Positions 28,463 to 36,818 of a DNA stretch of 36,929 nt are shown in pieces (position 1 is the stretch's first letter; each line of letters starts with the position of its first letter). Under the pieces are notes generated by a model. The model was not told the origin of the DNA, searched no databases, and was given only the letters and a program-made list of their open reading frames with translations. Source of the stretch: Armatimonadota bacterium (lineage in GTDB: Bacteria > Armatimonadota > Fimbriimonadia > Fimbriimonadales > GBS-DC). A program made the position numbers and the translations under genes. The DNA lies in assembly GCA_037444405.1 (NCBI GenBank), contig JBBIML010000027.1, positions 1-36,929 on the forward strand, in the 5' to 3' direction.

Positions 28463-29656
28463 ATGAGAGACGAGATTCTGCGCATTTTGCGCCTGGTGGA
28501 ACAGGGGCGCATCAAGCCCGACGAGGCAGCCGAACTGATCGATGCCCTGACCGCTGCTGAGCGTGGCGCGCCCACCGAAGCGCCCGAAACCGAGCGGGAG
28601 CGCACCGAAGAGGAAACGCGCCACCTCTTTGAGCGCATCACCCGCGCCACCGAAGAAGCCGTGCGCGGCATCAACTGGCGCGCGATTGTGGAAACCATCC
28701 GCACGCAGACCCAGCGCGGACTCGAAGAAATGCGCCGGGCGCTCGAAGAGCTCGAACGCGAGGGCTGGGGCTTCCCCCGCTGGCACAAACACGAAGTCAG
28801 CACCGAGCAAAAGATGGAATTCACCATCCAGCCGGGGCAGACCGTCGAGGTGCGGCTCCCTGCAGGCGACCTCATCATCACCGGCGGTTTCGACGGGGGA
28901 CGGGTCGAGACCGAAGCCCGCCTGCGGGGCGCCCATCCCGACACCCTCCAGCAAAAACTGCGCGACTGGAGCCTGCTCATCGAACAGACCGACACAGGCG
29001 TGCGAATCCGACCGCCCGAACTGGAAGGCGGTGTCGAGCAGATTATCGACCTCACCCTGCAACTGCCGCGCCAGGTGAACCTGATTGTGCGCACCGAGCG
29101 GGGTGATATTCGCGTCGAGAAGCTGGACGGCGAGCTGCAGCTGCACGCCACGCATGGCGACCTGAGCCTCCACCACCTCACGGGCACGCTACAGGCGACC
29201 ACCGCGCGCGGCGATATCTATCTGGAGAACTTCAAAGGCGCCCGCATCCAGATGGATGCCCAGAGCGGCGATCTCTACCTGCGCGACGCCGAAGCCGAGC
29301 AGGTGCGCCTGCACGCCACCCACGGCGATGTGTCCATCGAACGCCTCAACACGCAACACCTGAGCGTCGAAACCGTCAAAGGGGATGTGATGGTGGAGCT
29401 GACCCAGCCGCTCACGGGCGAGGCGCAACTGACCACCGTCAGCGGCGATATCGAACTGTGCCTGCCCGACGGCAACGATTGCCGGGTGTCGTTGCGCACG
29501 GTGGCGGGCGATCTGGAGTGCGACCTGACCGCCCGCTCGGTCAGCCGAAGTCGCAATCAGTACGAATGCATCTGTGGGGAGGGTAGAGGCACGCTCCGCG
29601 CCGAAGCCGTGCATGGCGATGTGCGCGTCAGCCTGCGCCCGCACGAGACTTGCTAA
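28463..29656 (+). CDS. DUF4097 beta-strand repeat protein with SHOCT-like N-terminus (YvlB/LiaX-like)
   Basis: RILRLVEQGRIKPDEAAELI; repeated T.xGD[IVL] units. Confidence 0.85.
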   Translation: MRDEILRILRLVEQGRIKPDEAAELIDALTAAERGAPTEAPETERERTEEETRHLFERITRATEEAVRGINWRAIVETIRTQTQRGLEEMRRALEELEREGWGFPRWHKHEVSTEQKMEFTIQPGQTVEVRLPAGDLIITGGFDGGRVETEARLRGAHPDTLQQKLRDWSLLIEQTDTGVRIRPPELEGGVEQIIDLTLQLPRQVNLIVRTERGDIRVEKLDGELQLHATHGDLSLHHLTGTLQATTARGDIYLENFKGARIQMDAQSGDLYLRDAEAEQVRLHATHGDVSIERLNTQHLSVETVKGDVMVELTQPLTGEAQLTTVSGDIELCLPDGNDCRVSLRTVAGDLECDLTARSVSRSRNQYECICGEGRGTLRAEAVHGDVRVSLRPHETC

Positions 29657-29689
29657 CCCGGGCAACTCAATCAAGGTGAGACGGCTGTT

Positions 29690-29717
29690 GCCCCTGCCTC
29701 TGGCAGGGGCTTTTTTT
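29690..29717 (+). terminator. Intrinsic terminator
   Basis: gcccctgcc-tct-ggcaggggc followed by T7. Confidence 0.85.
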
Positions 29718-30777
29718 ACACATTGAATCGTACCTGGATGACATCTCCGTCGTTGAGAGGATGGTCGCGTCCGACCAGATGGGTTTTGCCGGCGCGGTGG
29801 GCGGCGTGCCAACCGCCTGCGGCGATCACCTCATCGGCGGGGCATACCTCCGCGCGAATGAAGCCCTTTGCCATATCGGTGTGGATGGTGGCGGCGGCTT
29901 CGATGGCGGTTGCGCCCCGTCGCACCAGCCACGCACGCACATCGCCCCCCACCAGCGTGTAGAACCGCTGGATGCCGAGCTGGTCGTACACCGTCTGCAC
30001 CAGCGTGTTCAGGCGCGGCTCGGTCAGCCCCACCATCTGCAGGAAGGGCGATCGCTCATCGGGCGGCAGCTGTTGCAGTTCGCGTTCGAAGGGCGCACAG
30101 AGCGCGACGAGCGGGATGCCCGCCTGCTCGCAGAGCAACGCCAGCGACTGATAGCGGGCATCGCTGGCTTCGTTGCCCAGCAGGCTCTCGGCAAGGTTGG
30201 CGACTGTCACGAACGGCTTGAGCGTGAGCAGTCCGAATCCGCGCAGGCGAGCCGCGACTTCGGGCGTGAACGCGAGCGTGCGCGGACGCTCCCCGCGCGC
30301 CAGCACGGCGCGCAGCTCGCCCAGCGCCTGCGACTCGGCTCGGTCGCCCGCGCTCTCCTTGTGCGATTGGAAGAGTCGCTCCAGCCGTTCCAGCCGATTC
30401 TCGATCACCTGCAAGTCGCTCAGGATGCACTCATCCAGCCAGAAGCGCAGGTCGCGCGCGGGATCGATGGGCGCATGATAGGGCGCGTAGGGGTTCTCAA
30501 ACATGCGCAGGATGCACACCAGCGCGTCCATCGTGCGGGCAGCTGTCAGCGCGGCGCGCACGGTTGCAGGGCGGTCGGGGAGGGCGTCGGGCAGGTCGTC
30601 GTGCCACTCCAGCGCGGCGGGCACCACCTTGCGGGCATGTTCGAGCGCGGCGAGCTGTTCCAGTCGCGGGTCGGGCAGCGGCACGGTTGCCACGCCCTCA
30701 CGCGCGTGCCCGCCCGACACCGCCTCGAACAGCGTCGTTCGCCCGCTCAGCGGCAGACCGAGAATGCCAATTTTCAT
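29716..30777 (-). CDS. YchF-like (DUF933) P-loop NTPase, divergent paralog
   Basis: MKIGILGLPLSGRTTLF, PDPRL, LLTLKP, VRAW, IHTDMAKGFIRAEV, DGDVIQVRFNV. Confidence 0.88.
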   Translation of the reverse strand: MKIGILGLPLSGRTTLFEAVSGGHAREGVATVPLPDPRLEQLAALEHARKVVPAALEWHDDLPDALPDRPATVRAALTAARTMDALVCILRMFENPYAPYHAPIDPARDLRFWLDECILSDLQVIENRLERLERLFQSHKESAGDRAESQALGELRAVLARGERPRTLAFTPEVAARLRGFGLLTLKPFVTVANLAESLLGNEASDARYQSLALLCEQAGIPLVALCAPFERELQQLPPDERSPFLQMVGLTEPRLNTLVQTVYDQLGIQRFYTLVGGDVRAWLVRRGATAIEAAATIHTDMAKGFIRAEVCPADEVIAAGGWHAAHRAGKTHLVGRDHPLNDGDVIQVRFNV

Positions 30778-30923
30778 CGTCGGAACTCGATGCGGAGTGG
30801 GGGGCGCGCCTCGCGCGTCGGCAGCCACCAGAACCAGTAGAGGATGGCAGCAAGCGCAATTAGCAAAAGCAAAATGCGCCCGCCACGCCCGATGCCCCGC
30901 CGTCTCCGTCCCACTCGCGCCAT
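30774..30923 (-). CDS. Small 49-aa single-pass membrane protein (below the ORF track cutoff)
   Basis: MARVGRRRRGIGRGGRILLLLIALAAILYWFWWLPTREARPPLRIEFRR; stop overlaps the ychF-like start (ATGA); TATCCT 8 nt upstream. Confidence 0.7.
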   Translation of the reverse strand: MARVGRRRRGIGRGGRILLLLIALAAILYWFWWLPTREARPPLRIEFRR

Positions 30924-30986
30924 CACCCTTTAGGATACCCCTCGCAGATCGGATGGGAAAAACGCTGGCGGCTAACCAGCGACTTT

Positions 30987-32348
30987 TTGCAGGAGATTGG
31001 GCAACAGGTGCGTATATTTTTTCTGATAGCGACGATTGCAACGGGCAAGCAAGCGGTCGATTGGCTAACAGCGACACTGAGCGTGGTGCTGAGCGGGTTC
31101 TTGATGGGGGTTTCACTACCGCCTCATGACCTGCCCCTTGCCTTCATTGCGCTCGCCCCTTTCTTTGCTGCTCTTTGGGTAATGCCGCGCCTGATGGTGC
31201 TGCTGATGGGGCTTCTACACGGCTGGCTTGCAGGGCTGACAGTGATGGGGTTCGTGCTGGAGTTTCAACGGCTGGCGGAGGCTCTGCCGTTCCTGATTTA
31301 TGGTCTGGCGGTGGGCGTGGTGGGGCTGATTGCGCGCGATGTGGGTGATCTATCGCGGCTGCGAGCCGTCCTGCTCATAGGCGCGACAGGCACACTGCTG
31401 GAATATCTGGTTGGCAGGGTGTTTATCCCGTTCCATGTGGCGCTGGCGGTCTGGCGCGATGTGCCCTTTTTGCAGCTGGCGATGGTGACGGGCGCCTGGG
31501 GGTTGTCGCTTTTGCTCTGGAGTGGCTGGGGTGCACTGGGCTACGCACTCGCAATGCGGCGATGGACACCTGCCCTCACAGCCATGCTGCTGATAGTGGC
31601 GGCGATTCACCTGCTGGGCGCGATCGCAGCATGGTGGAGCGAATCGCGCGGGACAGCCCTGCGTGTCGCTGCTGTGCAGGGTGAACCCACCGATCCCGTG
31701 CTGATTCAGCAGGTTCGTCAATCGGGAGCGCAGTTCGCCGTGATACCAGAGCTTTCGATTGCTGAATGGGAGGCAGTGCCGCTGACGCAACAGATGGGCA
31801 TCCCGGTGATGGTCGCGTTTGGGAGTGGCGACTACAACTGCGCCGCGGTCGCTTTTCCCGGTGGTAGAATGACTCAACCCTATCACAAGATGCATCTTTA
31901 CATTGGTGAGAACTCTATTCCGGGCACACAAGCGGAGCCTTTGCTGACGCCATTCGGACCTGTGGGCGCCGCCATCTGCTACGATACGATGTTTACCGAC
32001 ACGGTGCGCCAGCTATGCCAGAAGCGTGTGGTGCTGATTGGCGTGCCCACTTATGATCCGACTGCTGGCAATCTGGCGTTTCATCATCTGCATGGCGCCA
32101 TCCATACCATTCGTGCCGCAGAGCATCGAGTGCCGATTGTGCGGTCAGAAAGCAGGGCTGTTTCGTTGATTGTCAATCGGGTAGGTCGTGTGGTCGCGGA
32201 ATCGCCAGAAATGGAGTCGACCGTGCTGACGGCGACGGTGCGTATCGCGCCCAGCGGCACGCTCTATACCCTGCTGGGCGGCTATCTGCCCTGGCTGTGC
32301 GCGCTCGCCCTGATTTTGGGCGTTATTCAGCGCAGGCGACACTCCTGA
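30987..32348 (+). CDS. lnt: Apolipoprotein N-acyltransferase-like protein (membrane domain plus nitrilase domain)
   Basis: Multiple TMs; triad motifs IPE, YHKMHL, ICYD; RAAEHR, TLYTLLG. Start uncertain (GTG 31008 possible). Confidence 0.8.
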   Translation: MQEIGQQVRIFFLIATIATGKQAVDWLTATLSVVLSGFLMGVSLPPHDLPLAFIALAPFFAALWVMPRLMVLLMGLLHGWLAGLTVMGFVLEFQRLAEALPFLIYGLAVGVVGLIARDVGDLSRLRAVLLIGATGTLLEYLVGRVFIPFHVALAVWRDVPFLQLAMVTGAWGLSLLLWSGWGALGYALAMRRWTPALTAMLLIVAAIHLLGAIAAWWSESRGTALRVAAVQGEPTDPVLIQQVRQSGAQFAVIPELSIAEWEAVPLTQQMGIPVMVAFGSGDYNCAAVAFPGGRMTQPYHKMHLYIGENSIPGTQAEPLLTPFGPVGAAICYDTMFTDTVRQLCQKRVVLIGVPTYDPTAGNLAFHHLHGAIHTIRAAEHRVPIVRSESRAVSLIVNRVGRVVAESPEMESTVLTATVRIAPSGTLYTLLGGYLPWLCALALILGVIQRRRHS

Positions 32349-32359
32349 TTTCTACCTCT

Positions 32360-32391
32360 TCGATGTCCGCTTCTGGTGGTTTTTTGAGTCT
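32360..32391 (+). promoter_or_regulatory. Second full copy of TCGATGTCCGCTT-N13-GAGTCT
   Basis: Blocks and spacing identical to 22329-22360. Confidence 0.55.
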
Positions 32392-32424
32392 TTTATAGTG
32401 TAGGGCACTCGTGCCTGTTGGCTT

Positions 32425-32440
32425 TGGCACGAAAGTTGCC
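32425..32440 (+). promoter_or_regulatory. Sigma54 promoter
   Basis: TGGCACG-aaag-TTGC, GG-N10-GC, upstream of a PEP-CTERM gene. Confidence 0.75.
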
Positions 32441-32514
32441 TTATAAGCTGTATATCGGACGCACCTGCAAGCACATGGGGTGGGCGTCCCATCACCAAAG
32501 AGGAGGTCTATGAG

Positions 32515-33177
32515 ATGAACCAAACCAGCACAGGTGTGCGACACAAAGTCGCGGGATTGTTGATTGCGCTGACGATGAGCCTTTCGGCTCTGCACGCCGT
32601 GAGTCTCGATGTATGGATGTCAGCTGACGACCAGTACGACCTGTATGTGGGCGATGCTTCCGGTACATCGTTGACCTACATTGGTGGAGTTCTTGGCTGG
32701 AGTATTCCCACCAACTACACTTTCAACGCCAATCCGACCGACTACCTGTATGTAGTCGCCCGGGACATCGCGGCAGCCGTTTGGGGACTGGGCGGCTATG
32801 TGAAGATAGGAAGCGGTCCCTATGTGCCCATCACTCCTGGCAGCGGCTGGGAAGCGGTGTGGATTGGCAACTATCCGCCACCAAACGATTACTATATGCC
32901 CGACCAGTCCACCGTGAGCAGCTGGATTGCTGCTGCTAACAGCAGTAATGCGTGGTCGCCAGCGGTTGCGGGCACCGCCTACGCCGGATTCGGCTTGCCC
33001 ACCGATTATGGCGGCATGCCTGCCCTGACCCCTATCTGGCAAAATATTCCCGGCACGGCGGATCAACAGCCGTATGACATGATTCTGTTCCGCTACGCGG
33101 TACCAGAGCCGGCGAGCCTGCTGGCGTTAGGCGTGGGTCTGGCAGGCTTCCTGCGCCTGCGTCGCCGCCCTTCATAG
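32515..33177 (+). CDS. PEP-CTERM sorting-domain surface protein
   Basis: AGGAGG RBS, signal peptide (..SALHA), C-terminus VPEPASLLALGVGLAGFLRLRRRPS. Confidence 0.93.
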   Translation: MNQTSTGVRHKVAGLLIALTMSLSALHAVSLDVWMSADDQYDLYVGDASGTSLTYIGGVLGWSIPTNYTFNANPTDYLYVVARDIAAAVWGLGGYVKIGSGPYVPITPGSGWEAVWIGNYPPPNDYYMPDQSTVSSWIAAANSSNAWSPAVAGTAYAGFGLPTDYGGMPALTPIWQNIPGTADQQPYDMILFRYAVPEPASLLALGVGLAGFLRLRRRPS

Positions 33178-33198
33178 GCGGTGGCGAGCTACGCTTGT

Positions 33199-33234
33199 GC
33201 CCCCGTCTCCCTTAGCGGAGAGGCGGGGGCTTTT
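33199..33234 (+). terminator. Intrinsic terminator
   Basis: gcccccgtctcc...ggagaggcgggggc followed by tttt. Confidence 0.7.
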
Positions 33235-33236
33235 GC

Positions 33237-33710
33237 TTATTGATAGATGCTCTTCTTGGCGGAGAACATCGGGCGACGCAGCTGGTCATAGAGCATCCGT
33301 CGCGCGTGTCCATCCGCCCAGAGCGTGCTGGCGCCCGCGCGATGCAGGAAATGGAAGTGGTCCATATAGGCGGGAATGCGCGGCGGACCCTGCTGCCACT
33401 CCAGCCCGCGCAGCGGCCAGTCCGCCTGCTGAAGCCAGTTGCACAGCGGCGTGCGATAGCCATGCTCCCACATCATCAGCGTGCGGGACGGCTCCTCTAT
33501 CTCCGCATCGGGCGCGGGCAGACAGGTGCAGTTGAATGAGTTAAACACCTTGACCGCAGGGCTGTACTCGTTGCCGCGCGCGTTAGGGTTGCGTGCATAA
33601 TAGGGCGAGTTGTAGTTTGAGTGAAACCAGTTGATTACATAGGAAGTTTGCCACATCGTCTGAGTCAACTCGTTGTACCGATAGTAGGTATCGAACCGTA
33701 CCTGTGGCAT
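33237..33710 (-). pseudogene. Probable chimeric ORF: short N-terminus resembling an M14 carboxypeptidase start, fused to the C-terminal half of an H-X9-DG (DUF1559) protein
   Basis: GGAGG RBS then MPQVRFDTYYRYNELTQ; later TSYVIN, PSRTLMMWE, HRAGASTLWADGH; no prepilin motif. Confidence 0.6.
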
Positions 33711-33889
33711 AGCGCGTTTTCCTCCAGAAAGAGGGTTCGGCGTGCGGGTGGGGGTTCCTGCGAGTTCCGGGAGGGGCTGGCACGGCTGCGCCGTTTCTGG
33801 GTTTTTCCTTTCTCAATGATGCGCCCGTTTGTTTCAGAATCTCACACTTGACCGCCGTCTCGCTTAATTCTCGATGGAGGTTGAAAAGC

Positions 33890-34603
33890 ATGCACCGGCG
33901 ATCTACGGATGCGACGAACTGGGCTGCCGGGATGATTGCGTTAGCGGCCCTCGCAGTAGTAGTTGTGCTGGCTCGTCAGGTATGGAGCTACAGCAATGCC
34001 CAGCGACTGAGCCTGCGCGTACAGGTGTTGACAGGCTGGGATGTCTCGGACACGATGCATCCTGCCAAGCGCCGCCGCGCCATGGGGGTCTGGTACACCG
34101 TTACCGACAAGGTTCTTCCTCCGCGAACCCCTCAGCGAGTCCTAGTGTACGCCGAGCTTATCTATGAGTCCCTTGAGTGCGCGCCGTCGCGGAGCGCCGA
34201 GCTGAACCAGTTCGCACAGAAGCTCATCGAGAAGCGAATCGGGCGCTGGGGCACGCTCCAGCACCTTCCGCTGGAAGCGATGCTCGAGCAGGTGCAACGC
34301 GCCCCTCAACAAGATTTCATTTTGGGCCTGTTTACCGATGGCGAGAATCATTCCTCGTCGAGGCGAACGACTCATTTAGCTGCCGAGCTGGCGCGCCAAC
34401 GGAATCTTAAAGCGGTGCTTGTCGGACCGCTCGATGAGCAGTTTCGCCACCGCTTCCGCCAACAGTTAAGGCCACTGGATGAAGCGGGCAAGCTCATCGT
34501 CTTTGGGATGGATGACGCGTCCCGCGCCGTCGACGAGCTGAAGCGACGCCTTCAGAAACTTGCACCAATCAGCAGGAGGGAGCAAAATGAATCCGCACGA
34601 TGA
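33890..34603 (+). CDS. Membrane-anchored vWA-like domain protein
   Basis: GGAGG RBS; N-terminal TM; LTGWDVSDTM (MIDAS DxSxS-like) and LGLFTDGE. Confidence 0.6.
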   Translation: MHRRSTDATNWAAGMIALAALAVVVVLARQVWSYSNAQRLSLRVQVLTGWDVSDTMHPAKRRRAMGVWYTVTDKVLPPRTPQRVLVYAELIYESLECAPSRSAELNQFAQKLIEKRIGRWGTLQHLPLEAMLEQVQRAPQQDFILGLFTDGENHSSSRRTTHLAAELARQRNLKAVLVGPLDEQFRHRFRQQLRPLDEAGKLIVFGMDDASRAVDELKRRLQKLAPISRREQNESAR

Positions 34604-36032
34604 TCGCATAGCGGTAGATGCTCATCAGGAACGAGCACAGGAAGCAGAGCAGATGGAGAGAAAGGCGCGCTACTCCGAGCCACCACGCAAGGCGTCCTTC
34701 TGGCAGAAGCCGCTTGGTGACTTCCGCTTTGCAAGACCACCCCTCCCCAAGGAATTCCAGAAGGAGTGGGAGCGCCCGATTGATGTAATCCGGCAGATAC
34801 TGCACGACGAGAATCACCCACAGGAGATGGCAGACCTTGACCTGAACACAACCATTCTACTTCGCGTCCCTGCAGAAGAGTATGACGAGGTTCGCCGCGA
34901 GCTGGAGCCACGATTGCAAGAGCTGGAATCCAGAACCAGGGCGTCCCGCAACAGGCTCGAAGCCATCCAGCAGAGCATCATCAGCCAGCCTGCATCGACA
35001 GGGGTGCTGCCGCTCCCAACTCGCCCAGGTGAACTCATCTTGCCTCAGCACCTGGCAAAGGCACTCCGGGAGGCTTTGCCCACCGACGAGGAGCTGAGCG
35101 GTCAGTACGGTGTCGTGCCGCCCGAGGAAGAAAGCGTCTTGCAGAAGGCGGGGCGCTGGCTCTTTGAGATGATTGCGCCCCTGACGGCGGGGCTGATGCT
35201 CGGTGTCAACACGCTGGTTATCATGGGCTTCCTCCACCTGGAGGACTTCCGTCGGGGCGAGCAGCTCTGGCTGGTGGCGCTGGCGACGCTGGTCGGGCTG
35301 GTCATCGAGAAGCTCATCGGCGAGGCTTGCTACCAGCTGACCCGCTCGTTCGCCCAGTCCTGTGAGCAGCCCTTGACGACGGGCGGAGAGCCGTTTCCGC
35401 ACCTGCGATCGGAATGGATGCGCGCGGCGTTCAGCCCGTTCGTCCCGATGCTTGAGCAGTCCCTGACGACAAACGGAGAGCCGTTTCCGCGCCTGCAGCT
35501 GGGATGGATGCGCGCGGTTTTCAGCCCGCTTATCCTGCTGCTGAGCGCCGCGGTGGCGCTGGTGGACGCGCTCGGCTTACGCATACTCCACGAAGAGTCC
35601 ATTCGTGAGACGGAGCTGCTCGGCGTTTCATTGGGCGCGCTGCTGCCCTTCTGGGTCTACCTCATCGCGGGGTGCATTGCCAGCATGCCCTACCTGCTCT
35701 ATAAAGCGACGCGCGGCTGGCGCACCGCCGAGGAGCATCTGCGCCGGGCGCGCTATGAATGGCTGCGGCGCAGCTATCTTAAGCAGCTGATCAGCACTTC
35801 CGCAGTGCAGGAAGCCCTCGTGCAGGCGCAGGAGACCGCTGTTCTGTTGCACCACACCCTGCCCCAACTGGAGGCGGAGCAGGAGACGGCGAAAGAGCGG
35901 CTTGACGCCGCTCGAGTGCAGGCAATCGGTTGCCTGCGCCAGTTCCTCGAGTACTGGAACCAGCTCCTCGCCGACCAGCAGAAGGGCGGTTGGCTGAGCC
36001 ACTGGCTCCGCAGAATCGGTGCAAGACGCTAA
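34587..36032 (+). CDS. Hypothetical membrane protein: about 4 TM segments flanked by coiled coils
   Basis: AGGAGG RBS; overlaps the upstream gene; hydrophobic stretches and heptad-rich flanks. Confidence 0.75.
   Translation: MNPHDDRIAVDAHQERAQEAEQMERKARYSEPPRKASFWQKPLGDFRFARPPLPKEFQKEWERPIDVIRQILHDENHPQEMADLDLNTTILLRVPAEEYDEVRRELEPRLQELESRTRASRNRLEAIQQSIISQPASTGVLPLPTRPGELILPQHLAKALREALPTDEELSGQYGVVPPEEESVLQKAGRWLFEMIAPLTAGLMLGVNTLVIMGFLHLEDFRRGEQLWLVALATLVGLVIEKLIGEACYQLTRSFAQSCEQPLTTGGEPFPHLRSEWMRAAFSPFVPMLEQSLTTNGEPFPRLQLGWMRAVFSPLILLLSAAVALVDALGLRILHEESIRETELLGVSLGALLPFWVYLIAGCIASMPYLLYKATRGWRTAEEHLRRARYEWLRRSYLKQLISTSAVQEALVQAQETAVLLHHTLPQLEAEQETAKERLDAARVQAIGCLRQFLEYWNQLLADQQKGGWLSHWLRRIGARR
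35363..35540 (+). repeat. In-frame 90-bp tandem duplication
   Basis: EQPLTTGGEPFPHLRSEWMRAAFSP / EQSLTTNGEPFPRLQLGWMRAVFSP. Confidence 0.9.
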
Positions 36033-36114
36033 GCGCCGTTGCATTACCTTTTCAACTGCCCCTCGTTTACGGGGGTTGGGGGCTGGCGCGGTACTGGGTC
36101 GCCTGATTTGCCCC

Positions 36115-36156
36115 GCCCGCACCCCCAGCCCCTCTCCCACAGGCAGGAGAGGGGAG
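36115..36156. repeat. CCCTC-family palindromic element
   Basis: gcccgcacccccagcccctctcccacaggcaggagaggggag, near-identical core to 27905. Confidence 0.75.
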
Positions 36157-36311
36157 GCGCTTATGTTGCAATCTCAGCGCAAAGACACTTATCATACAAA
36201 CCCAGCCTGCGCTGGCTTCCGTAGCGGGGGCATCTTGCCCGAAATCACGCGCAGGAGGCGCGGGCTACTTAGCCGACGGAGGCTGGCTGCGTATCGCAGG
36301 AGCAGCTTGAG

Positions 36312-36653
36312 CTGCTCTGCTGCAAGGATGCGCATTCCACCTCGTGGTAGGGCAGACTTCGCCGCGTGGGGCGCGGCGACCGCGCCCCTACCCATGCCCG
36401 TACGGACGCAGTTCCCGCGTCCTTTTGGATCGTGGGCACGGCGACCGTACCCCTACCCATGCCCGTACGGACGCGGTTCCCGCGCCCTTTCGGATCGTGG
36501 GCACGGCGACCGTACCCCTACCCATGCCCGTACGGACGCGGTTCCCGCGTCCTTTCGGATCGTGGGCACGGCGACCGCGCCCCTACCCATGCCCGTACGG
36601 ACGCAGTTCCCGCGTCCTGTTCTGCGAATCCCCCCTTCTTTGCAACAGAGCAG
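36312..36653. mobile_element. MITE-like element with terminal inverted repeats enclosing tandem REP-like units
   Basis: ctgctctgctgcaa / ttgcaacagagcag (13/14), flanked by direct repeat cttgag. Confidence 0.5.
36365..36618. repeat. About 3.9 tandem copies of a 65-bp unit containing two hairpins
   Basis: Units start at 36365, 36431, 36496, 36561; hairpins ggggcgcgg-cga-ccgcgcccc(tac) and ggacgcgg-ttc-ccgcgtcc. Confidence 0.95.
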
Positions 36654-36818
36654 CTTGAGTCATCTATCCCAAACGCCCTCTGACGGCGCGGCTGACTGGT
36701 TTTCCTAGATCGCCTCTTAGCGCAAACGCGCTAACTCATCCAGCCAACGCAGAACGCGTGACACGATGAACCCTGCGCAACGGCGCAGGAGAATTACGCC
36801 CCGTGAGGTCAGCGCGCC

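Noticed and set aside
33778..33793. Sigma54 site (TGGCACGG)
   Set aside because: No GC at the -12 position
36365..36618. Possible CRISPR array
   Set aside because: Units are near-identical over their whole length with no unique spacers; it is a tandem repeat
36019..36708. 229-aa ORF and overlapping repeat ORFs
   Set aside because: Translations of REP and tandem repeats; no RBS or protein-like features
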